From: an uncultured virus (IMG/VR IMGVR_UViG_3300028394_000079)
Lineage: Duplodnaviria > Heunggongvirae > Uroviricota > Caudoviricetes
Length of the DNA: 64,000 nt
Virus record (IMG/VR): IMGVR_UViG_3300028394_000079
Strand: one strand, 5' to 3'
The position numbers and the translations under genes were made by a program. The notes beneath the pieces are model-generated. The model saw only the letters and a list, made by a program, of their open reading frames with translations, was not told the DNA's origin and searched no databases. This document shows, piece after piece, positions 56,910 to 64,000 of the stretch (positions within the stretch are counted from its first letter, which is position 1; every line of letters starts with the position of its first letter).

Positions 56910-58804
56910 GAATTACCCCTGCGGCCATCTTGTTTGATGTCAATACGGGGTGAACCCAATTGCCAAGTACACCCAATCTGGCTAGATTCAACTTGAAGAA
57001 TCATTTGACGGCCTCGCACCCTAACGTACACCTGACCCGTAAACTGCTCAATCACTGAAGTAGATGTACGGGTTACTGTCGCACTTGAGTTACCGCCCAC
57101 AGAGACTGGATTGTTATACCCGGATCCTGAGTTCTGCATGGGGATTAGTGTCATAGTCACTTGCGGAGAAACCGCGTCAGACCCACGGAATGTAATATCT
57201 GGGAGCATTCTCCAGACAAATCCAAGATGATCGCCGTCATCAATGTCAAACTCAGCAGAGCCAATTAAAGCGTTAATTGCTACAGGTGTTCCAGTTTCAT
57301 TGTTGTTTACACCATACTCATGGTTTACAAGGTTACCAGTACTTGTGGTTGAGTTGTATGTAGCCGCCAACGGATAATCACGCAAACCCGAATCAAGCCA
57401 TGCTGTACGACTTAGCGTTCCATAAGACCAAACATCTTCTGCGTAGTTATAGATTGCGTACAGGTCAATAGCGGTGCTAGTAGCAGAACAATAAAACCAC
57501 CAGACTTCATTAAAGCCTTCATTGGTTCCCGCAAACACTTGCGTTGATTGAACTAAGTTAATGTCTTGGTAGATAAAACGAAGTAAATCGCAACGCAAAG
57601 TTTGGACTCGCCCGTCATATTTATAAAACTTATCTACACCCATCCAATACACAACACCGGAAGCAATTACAGCCGCATTAGGGCTAATAATTGAAATGTT
57701 GTCGCCAAGAAGTTGAGAACTCCATATTACTGGTGGGCCTTGGTATTGCAATGAATAAATAGACGAATCAGTAAATACTACAATTTCTTGCCGAGCTTGG
57801 ACAACTGTAATAATTTCTGAGCCGTGAGATAACACCACACTACCAGCTTGATTGATTGTTGCCGGTGTCCAATTTACTACAGATTCTTGATCTGACCAAC
57901 GGATTAACATAGGGTTTAGTGTTCCTGAACCAATGTCATTACAACCAAATGCAAATACAAATCTGCTTGTATCAGATACAAAAATAAAATTTTGAACTGT
58001 TGGGACATCAGAAGCACCGGACAAAGATGAAACAAGAACACCCCTAGTTGTCAAACCAGATGCGGCATCCCAATAATAAATAGGACTCCCACGGTAACTG
58101 AAAATTAAATTTTGACCAAAATTGCTTTGACTCCAAATGCGAATACTAGATAAAGAAGTACCTCCAGTACCCCACACACCTTGCCCCCAAGTACCACCGC
58201 CCCAACCAACAAATGGGCCAACTATGGCAGGGCCAACACTGATTTGATACGCCGCTACGACAGAAGCACCACCACCGGGAGAGCCAGAAGCATCCGTTGC
58301 ATTGGCTGTGGCTGACGCTGTAAATGTGTATGTATTTGCAGTAAGAACTGTTATTTGATATTCAGCGTTTAACACCGTAGCCGTGATATTCCCGCCCAAC
58401 CCTATAGCACCACTAAAAGTAACAAAGTCACCCGTAATAGCACCGTGACTTGTATCTGTTACTGTGATTGTGGCAGAGCCATTTGTAGCTACAAACGGGT
58501 TGTTGTTAATTGTGCTAGATGCCCGAATAGGTGTAATGTCGTTGTATGCGCCGCCGCTCTCAATATAAAACTTTAAGTTAGTGCCAACCCCAACTAAATT
58601 TAAAAATCCAAGAGTGACCCAATTCCACAAAGAACGACAAACACCTAAGAATGTTGCCGCTGATATGCGTTCCCAACCACCAATTTTTTCAGGCGTACCT
58701 TGGCGAAACCGCACTTTATCGGATTCATACCAACCATTTTCATTGGTATAACGGGTGTTTTCTTTGTTTACACCAGCTTTCAAAGTTAGTTTTTTAAGTG
58801 CCAT
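56906..58804 (-). CDS. Tail nozzle/DNA stabilisation protein (P22 gp10/T7 gp12-like)
   Basis: 632 aa beta-rich, VRFR.G.PEKIGGW, IRWSDQE, EVWWFY and RVRGRQ. Confidence 0.7.
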   Translation of the reverse strand: MALKKLTLKAGVNKENTRYTNENGWYESDKVRFRQGTPEKIGGWERISAATFLGVCRSLWNWVTLGFLNLVGVGTNLKFYIESGGAYNDITPIRASSTINNNPFVATNGSATITVTDTSHGAITGDFVTFSGAIGLGGNITATVLNAEYQITVLTANTYTFTASATANATDASGSPGGGASVVAAYQISVGPAIVGPFVGWGGGTWGQGVWGTGGTSLSSIRIWSQSNFGQNLIFSYRGSPIYYWDAASGLTTRGVLVSSLSGASDVPTVQNFIFVSDTSRFVFAFGCNDIGSGTLNPMLIRWSDQESVVNWTPATINQAGSVVLSHGSEIITVVQARQEIVVFTDSSIYSLQYQGPPVIWSSQLLGDNISIISPNAAVIASGVVYWMGVDKFYKYDGRVQTLRCDLLRFIYQDINLVQSTQVFAGTNEGFNEVWWFYCSATSTAIDLYAIYNYAEDVWSYGTLSRTAWLDSGLRDYPLAATYNSTTSTGNLVNHEYGVNNNETGTPVAINALIGSAEFDIDDGDHLGFVWRMLPDITFRGSDAVSPQVTMTLIPMQNSGSGYNNPVSVGGNSSATVTRTSTSVIEQFTGQVYVRVRGRQMILQVESSQIGCTWQLGSPRIDIKQDGRRGNS

Positions 58805-58807
58805 CGG

Positions 58808-59251
58808 TTAATCCAACAAAGCGCACTCAGCCGTGCGGCGTTTAAACAGACCCGGCAGTACCCGACCGCCACCTTTAGTCCAGAGCATCAGTTGTTCTTT
58901 TGCGCCTTCCCAATCATTGGCATTGATTTTCCTCTTTAACGTAGATGTTTGCAAGCGTCCTGTGCCTAGGTTGTAGCAGAAGTCCACGATGGCGTTGCAC
59001 TTACGTACGTCAGTAATCAAGCCGGGGCAGTTACGCAGAACACCGGGTAGGTACGTGTGCTCAAGCTCAATCATTAAAAGCGCCCTAGCCGTAGGTTCGT
59101 CCATCGGAGCGTCTTCCAAAGTTACCTTGCGTTTGTCTGCGTAGTAGGTAGAACCGTAGCCAATCGTAGCCACGCCAGCCGGACAAAGGTAGGGCTTAGC
59201 CCGATACCCTTCATACCGGCGGCACAGTTCAGCGGCTAGTTCTAGGTTCAT
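58808..59251 (-). CDS. Endolysin, GH24 lysozyme
   Basis: EG...PYLCPAGVATIGYG, FCYNLG and GL..RR..E. Confidence 0.92.
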   Translation of the reverse strand: MNLELAAELCRRYEGYRAKPYLCPAGVATIGYGSTYYADKRKVTLEDAPMDEPTARALLMIELEHTYLPGVLRNCPGLITDVRKCNAIVDFCYNLGTGRLQTSTLKRKINANDWEGAKEQLMLWTKGGGRVLPGLFKRRTAECALLD

Positions 59252-59364
59252 TCTTGTTCAAGATGCTCTTGTTCGGCTTCTCTTGCCTCGTCTTCAAGAA
59301 TCTCTTCAAATCCACAGGTGCATGGGCCGTCTTCGTGAACTAAACAGTTGTTTGCGTGTGCCAT
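59248..59364 (-). CDS. 38-aa His/Cys-rich acidic peptide, not in the ORF track
   Basis: MAHANNCLVHEDGPCTCGFEEILEDEAREAEQEHLEQE; fills the gap exactly with an ATGA overlap. Confidence 0.55.
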   Translation of the reverse strand: MAHANNCLVHEDGPCTCGFEEILEDEAREAEQEHLEQE

Positions 59365-59859
59365 TTAAATACCCCTTTGCTTTAAAGTACGATCAAGAAA
59401 CCAATAGTTAATTGTCCCAGACAACAGGGCTGAGAAGTCAGGTGTCATCATGGTCTTAAACACTTCTACGGCAGGCGCACCGGCAAGCCATGCGTTCCAT
59501 GCAAACCATACGTGGATGAACGACCAAACAAACAGCACCCAATAGGTAACCACCGGACGGACAGAAGCTGAAAGGCTGGCTACCCAACCGCCTGCGGCTT
59601 TGACCATCTCGGCCTGCTGGGTGATGGCGTTGTTAAACGCATCCATAACACCTACGTCAATAGCGGCTTCACGCTGTGCGCCAATCTCAGCCAATTTCTG
59701 CTGGCCGCGCTGGGCTTCCAAGTCGCATTGGTTTTTGAACATTGCCAACTCGTGCTGGCGTTCGTTCTTCTTGTCAAAATATTTGAGCACTTCGGGGGCC
59801 ATACGGAACAGCCCACCAAAGATGGAACCCATCAGTCCACCGGAAAGAATATCAAGCAT
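59365..59859 (-). CDS. Holin-like (3TM type) protein
   Basis: HEL, W...SVRPVVTY and YWF.DR motifs; next to the lysozyme. Confidence 0.65.
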   Translation of the reverse strand: MLDILSGGLMGSIFGGLFRMAPEVLKYFDKKNERQHELAMFKNQCDLEAQRGQQKLAEIGAQREAAIDVGVMDAFNNAITQQAEMVKAAGGWVASLSASVRPVVTYWVLFVWSFIHVWFAWNAWLAGAPAVEVFKTMMTPDFSALLSGTINYWFLDRTLKQRGI

Positions 59860-59868
59860 GGTTACTCC

Positions 59869-60591
59869 TTATTTAGCCATTTCAGTGGCGGCTAGGTTGA
59901 TACGGGTTTTGACTGCGCCAAGGTCTTGTGGTTCTTTGGTAAAGCCCACAGAGATGTACCCCTCAAATGCACCCATTTCAGGTGGTATTGAACCACGGCA
60001 GATGTAGCCTACGCCTTGTTTCTCTTCCCAGTCTGATGTTTTACCAGAGGCCACAAGCTTATCGCAATGCACCTCGCCATTCATCATTGCAATTACGGCA
60101 GAGTTACGGGTGGCATCTTTGCCAAACAAGGTAGAGTTATAGCCATCAAGCGTTATGTCTCGACCCTTTGGGCCATACGCAAGTAGCGTAATCCGGCTAT
60201 TAACTACCAGAGCTACTTTGTGAACCAGCACAGTCTCAGCTTCTAAGTCTTTCTTCAGTTTTTCAGCTATGTGCTCCAGCACTTTGATTTCTTTAAGCTG
60301 GGGCTGGTGGCTTGAGCTTGTAATGGCGTTCAAAATGACTGTACGTGAGTCCCAAGCAAAATAACCCGCAAAGAACAAGAACGACAGCAGGATAACCGTA
60401 AACAACTTGAAAGGATTGTCCACCCATTCAATTAAACCAATCACTTTACCAACGGTGCTGTCGTCTTTCTTAGCTTCAGGCTTGACAGGGGCTGGCTCAG
60501 AAATAGATACATTGATTATCTGTTCTGGTTTGGGCTTGGGTGTACGCTGTTTGACAGGCGCTACCTTGGCTGGGGGTTTCTTTGTAACCAT
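59869..60591 (-). CDS. Single-TM protein with a large soluble domain (T4 holin-like architecture)
   Basis: One TM helix then a ~150-aa alpha/beta domain with two Cys. Confidence 0.55.
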   Translation of the reverse strand: MVTKKPPAKVAPVKQRTPKPKPEQIINVSISEPAPVKPEAKKDDSTVGKVIGLIEWVDNPFKLFTVILLSFLFFAGYFAWDSRTVILNAITSSSHQPQLKEIKVLEHIAEKLKKDLEAETVLVHKVALVVNSRITLLAYGPKGRDITLDGYNSTLFGKDATRNSAVIAMMNGEVHCDKLVASGKTSDWEEKQGVGYICRGSIPPEMGAFEGYISVGFTKEPQDLGAVKTRINLAATEMAK

Positions 60592-60827
60592 TACACGTAT
60601 ACATCCAGTTTGCGGTTGTTAAATATCTCCATACGGAGCCGGTCTTGCACTGTCTTCTTGCAGTAAATCTCAAACCCTATGTCTTGCAACTGCACCTGTT
60701 TCTGTTTGGCTAACTCATTTGCCTTGTTAACTTCATGCTGTCTTTCCATCTTTTTCTGAGCAAGGTCATGCTTGTCTGGATACCCAGACGGCTGAACGGT
60801 CGGAAATAATTTGATGGTGTCGATCAT
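60591..60827 (-). CDS. Hypothetical protein
   Basis: 78 aa, coupled at both ends. Confidence 0.6.
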   Translation of the reverse strand: MIDTIKLFPTVQPSGYPDKHDLAQKKMERQHEVNKANELAKQKQVQLQDIGFEIYCKKTVQDRLRMEIFNNRKLDVYV

Positions 60828-61111
60828 TTCTTTTCACGCTCTTGTGCCTCTTTGTACCCATGAATGACTAACTCTCTAATCTTTGGTGAGTCTGCCGTTC
60901 CCGCCCATTCGCCCAGATTGTTCCAGATGACCACGTAATCCGTTGTCTTGCAATAGGGCGCATTCTTGTCGAGCCACGCTACCATCTCTCTGTGCCGCAG
61001 GGTTGGGTCGTGGACTGTGTAAGCAATCCCATAGAACTCGCGCACATGGCATCCGCTCTTGGCTACGGCTCCAACTAGCCCCAACAGCAGTAACAGTATG
61101 AGCCAACGCAT
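60824..61111 (-). CDS. Small exported protein
   Basis: Signal peptide MRWLILLLLLGLVGAVA; two Cys. Confidence 0.65.
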   Translation of the reverse strand: MRWLILLLLLGLVGAVAKSGCHVREFYGIAYTVHDPTLRHREMVAWLDKNAPYCKTTDYVVIWNNLGEWAGTADSPKIRELVIHGYKEAQEREKK

Positions 61112-61114
61112 TTA

Positions 61115-61207
61115 TCACACCACACTCCATGCAATTATGTACGTACCAAAAACAATAAACGCAGTGATAGAGACTGCCGCAATGATTGCTTCAGTCCAGT
61201 CTTTCAT
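61115..61207 (-). CDS. 30-aa single-TM peptide, not in the ORF track
   Basis: MKDWTEAIIAAVSITAFIVFGTYIIAWSVV fills the intergenic gap. Confidence 0.45.
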   Translation of the reverse strand: MKDWTEAIIAAVSITAFIVFGTYIIAWSVV

Positions 61208-61209
61208 GA

Positions 61210-61692
61210 TTAGGGCGCGTCAGGCCAAGTGATTGTCCAAGGGAAGCCAGACTGAGCAGTAACATCACGCAATGCTTGACGGTACGTAGCCCATGCAGTT
61301 TTATCCGCAGTGCTATCAGAAATCTGAGTCCAGTCGCAGTCCTTGAGCTTTTCCGTGCGTGAGGTGCGTACAGACTTGGCTTGCTCTGCGTCTTTAATGG
61401 CTTTGTAAGCGGCTTCTTGTTCTGCGGCAGTTGTCTCACCATCTGTAAAGACAGGGCCAAGCACATACTTGGTGTACCACTTGCCATCAATCTGCTCAAC
61501 GCCGTCTTGCTGTGAGTATTGATATACCGTACCACCTGATGCTTGTGGGCCTTCAAACACAATGTCTGATTCAAACCTATTGACCGCCTCTTCGGTAATG
61601 CCACTCAAAGATTTGGCGTAAGTTTGGGCGACCCACTTTTCCCACTCGTGTTGTAAAAGCACTTGACCTGTTGCGCGAATTCGTATTTGCAT
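61210..61692 (-). CDS. Tail fibre assembly chaperone
   Basis: R..R...L..CDWTQ..D...W..YRQALRD...WP..P. Confidence 0.85.
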   Translation of the reverse strand: MQIRIRATGQVLLQHEWEKWVAQTYAKSLSGITEEAVNRFESDIVFEGPQASGGTVYQYSQQDGVEQIDGKWYTKYVLGPVFTDGETTAAEQEAAYKAIKDAEQAKSVRTSRTEKLKDCDWTQISDSTADKTAWATYRQALRDVTAQSGFPWTITWPDAP

Positions 61693-61701
61693 GATTTTTC
61701 C

Positions 61702-63687
61702 TTATGCGATTGCCAAAAAGATGTAGCTTGCTGAACTTGTGTTAATTGCTACTGTAATTGCCGCATTTAAAGCAAAGCCTGTTGAGACTGTTGTAACAGA
61801 GCCAAGAGTTGCCACTTCAGCTACTGAATCGTTTAACCATAAATATGGGTCTGTCAATACTGTCATGCCACGGGCTGTGTCGTATACATACCAATCACCC
61901 GTTGAGTCTGTGCGTTTGATAAGAACAAACCTTGCACCACCCGCACCGAATCCGCAATCAATTGTTTGAGTTGAGCCATTGCCTGTGTATGAGCCTACTT
62001 TGGAAATACCTGCAAGAGTTGCAAAAAGGTAAGTCACAAATGTGTATCCGTTACCATTTGAATACGAATTATTTCCAACACTAAACACAGACGAAGTGGG
62101 GGCTGTGCTATTCCAATAACTACCACCTCCAGCAGATATTGCGCCAGTTGTAGATAGTTTTAAATATTCATCATTGGCATATGATAAATATGTTGACCCA
62201 ACTAACCAATATGGCCCTGTGTTGCTTCTACTTTTTCGAATTACTAATTCGGGCATAACTCCTAAGTTATGCGTCACAGTTTTTGCTACACCCGTCCCTG
62301 TATCGCAAACCTCATCAAAGAAGCTAGGGGCGCGTCTGAAGTTCCAGTAAATAGTAGACAAACCACTGTAGTTACTAGATATTGTAATTCCAGTACTGCC
62401 CCAATTCCTAGTGAAACTAGATAAAGTTTCTGCGCCAGTGCCATCGCTTTTTAAGCGAGGTGTGGACGTCCCCACAGTTGTTGTATCTACTCCGCGAAGT
62501 CTGTCACCCCAAAACGCTGGGTCTCCCAAACGATACTGAGAAATTGATAAATCAACGGGGAATCCAGTTGTAATAGCTGTACCTGTTGTGCCTGATGAAG
62601 TGTTAGGACTAAACACACTCGTCCCCACAGTAGGCACTTTCATCGGGCCTCTGCGAATGGCTATGTAGATGTAGGGTGTTGACGCATATTGATTTGCTAC
62701 AAAACCTGTACTTGTTGGGTGAACACTTCTGTTGAAATTATTATCTTCTGCGCCTGAAGTGTTTGGAAATAATCCACCAACCCCGTCAGTTGTAGGAGGT
62801 GCTGGCATACCACGCATATTGTCAGCAATAACCCAATTTGTTTCTCCGTAAATCCCACTAGTTGCTTTGGTTAAAACCCATTGAGGCTCATAGCCCAAAC
62901 TTACAGTTGCAACGCCACTGCCATCAGTAGTGTATGTTCCACACGAAATCACATTGTCTGTACCAGTTAGGCCAAAGCCTCCTGCGTCATGGGCGAATAG
63001 GTAGGCAACGTATGTATTACCATTGGCGTTTGTGCCATTTGTACCGCTTGGATTTCCGACTTGAAAATTAGTTGAAGTTGGTAGAGCATTATTAAAAGCG
63101 GTATTAGTTTGTGCAATATACGTATCGTTTAAAAGTATTATAGTGTCGCCTGTCCCGCTACATCCTCTATGATAAACCGGCCAATTAGTAGAATCTGATG
63201 TATTTTTAACAATAATACAACCGGGGACACTTCCAAGATTATGTGCAATTGTCTGAGTTGACCCATTCCCTGTATAAGTCACAATATCAAAGAACTTTGC
63301 TTGTTTACGGAATGTCCATGAAACATAAGTAGCCGCAGATGTGTTGTAATCCGCATCAGCACCAATCGTAAATCCAGTTGTGCTAAACGCAGTTAATCCT
63401 GTGCTTTCAGTTGCTTCTGCGTCAGTAGAGTTAGATGCAAGTGATTTTGTAACACCTCTTGCGGTATCGGTTAAACGATGACCAGTTGCGCCACTTCTGC
63501 CTTTTATCCAAGTTAACCCACCTTTGGTAGACAAGTCAATATTATTGGTAATGGTCTGTGTAGCACCTGTACCTGTGTAGAGAAAACAGGAGAACACATC
63601 CTCAATGTAATTAGGCACAGCAGATGCTTGAGCAAACTCCCCAAAGCCTTGAGCAGAAGCCGCACCCCTTGTTTGTACTAATGGCAT
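61702..63687 (-). CDS. Tail fibre/receptor-binding protein
   Basis: 661 aa, repeated YTGNG/HNLG..P/YVAYLFA units; followed by a chaperone. Confidence 0.8.
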   Translation of the reverse strand: MPLVQTRGAASAQGFGEFAQASAVPNYIEDVFSCFLYTGTGATQTITNNIDLSTKGGLTWIKGRSGATGHRLTDTARGVTKSLASNSTDAEATESTGLTAFSTTGFTIGADADYNTSAATYVSWTFRKQAKFFDIVTYTGNGSTQTIAHNLGSVPGCIIVKNTSDSTNWPVYHRGCSGTGDTIILLNDTYIAQTNTAFNNALPTSTNFQVGNPSGTNGTNANGNTYVAYLFAHDAGGFGLTGTDNVISCGTYTTDGSGVATVSLGYEPQWVLTKATSGIYGETNWVIADNMRGMPAPPTTDGVGGLFPNTSGAEDNNFNRSVHPTSTGFVANQYASTPYIYIAIRRGPMKVPTVGTSVFSPNTSSGTTGTAITTGFPVDLSISQYRLGDPAFWGDRLRGVDTTTVGTSTPRLKSDGTGAETLSSFTRNWGSTGITISSNYSGLSTIYWNFRRAPSFFDEVCDTGTGVAKTVTHNLGVMPELVIRKSRSNTGPYWLVGSTYLSYANDEYLKLSTTGAISAGGGSYWNSTAPTSSVFSVGNNSYSNGNGYTFVTYLFATLAGISKVGSYTGNGSTQTIDCGFGAGGARFVLIKRTDSTGDWYVYDTARGMTVLTDPYLWLNDSVAEVATLGSVTTVSTGFALNAAITVAINTSSASYIFLAIA

Positions 63688-63696
63688 GGTTTTCCT

Positions 63697-64000
63697 TTAA
63701 GCAAACTTGGTCTGTGAAGTGAACACAGTAAATGCCGCATTACCCGTTTTGATGATCGTGTACATATACACATCAACTGCACTTGCATTACCAGCCGCAT
63801 ACGCTGTACCGCCCTGATACTTAGGAGTAACAGTTGAGCCATCCACTTGCACCACAGAGTTGTAATAGGCAGTAGCACCTTGAGTCACCAAGAAAGCCAC
63901 AGTCACAGACTGACCCGTGGACATGGCAGTGTTCAAAGATGTACCTGATGAGGCTCTGAAGTTAACTGTCCAGTTAGCACTTGCGTTGCTGGTGTAGTAA
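63697..64000 (-). CDS. Tail fibre-related protein, 3' part (starts beyond the window)
   Basis: Frame open to the window edge (YYTSNASANWTVNFR...DVY.YTIIKTG). Confidence 0.7.
   Translation of the reverse strand, partial: YYTSNASANWTVNFRASSGTSLNTAMSTGQSVTVAFLVTQGATAYYNSVVQVDGSTVTPKYQGGTAYAAGNASAVDVYMYTIIKTGNAAFTVFTSQTKFA

Noticed and set aside
63490..63606. Terminal repeat proving circular closure
   Set aside because: The repeat is internal, its flanks diverge and the sequence continues past it.
61702..63687. Diversity-generating retroelement or invertible fibre cassette
   Set aside because: No reverse transcriptase or invertase seen; the repeat is exact, direct and N-terminal.
1..64000. Alternative genetic code
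   Set aside because: Core genes are full length and tightly coupled under the standard code.

Overview
Most of a tailed dsDNA bacteriophage genome (Caudoviricetes, podovirus-like architecture, about 47% GC by eye). The tail region is split across the two window ends, so the sequence is probably circularly permuted. Minus strand 1-21 kb: tail, head-tail connectors, a cluster of small basic proteins with a shared motif, glycosyltransferase, major capsid, scaffold, GroES-like protein, P22-type portal, TerL, LexA-like HTH, glutaredoxin and TerS. Plus strand 21.7-28.7 kb: early genes (small ORFs, degenerate SprT-like protein, MoxR/CobS AAA, CobT-N-like and VWA). 29-39.8 kb: primase-helicase, RusA-like resolvase, PD-(D/E)xK nuclease, Sak3-like annealase, SSB-like protein, HNH and many small ORFs. 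Minus strand 39.8-64 kb: a 3640-aa polyvalent protein, ejection proteins, tail nozzle, lysis genes and tail fibre. No DNA polymerase, integrase, tRNA or CRISPR array was recognised. Strongest unexplained signals: (1) two SD-led genes nested in the +1 frame of the polyvalent gene, each directly after a putative enzyme domain; (2) the palindrome GTTTAAAC at least 48 times (about 1 expected); (3) five perfect DnaA boxes in 127 bp beside TerS; (4) a covarying double-hairpin leader repeated before four early genes; (5) a shared RADGIAxxGKTxG tag on several head-region proteins. All family calls come from recalled motifs, not database searches. Counts were made by eye.
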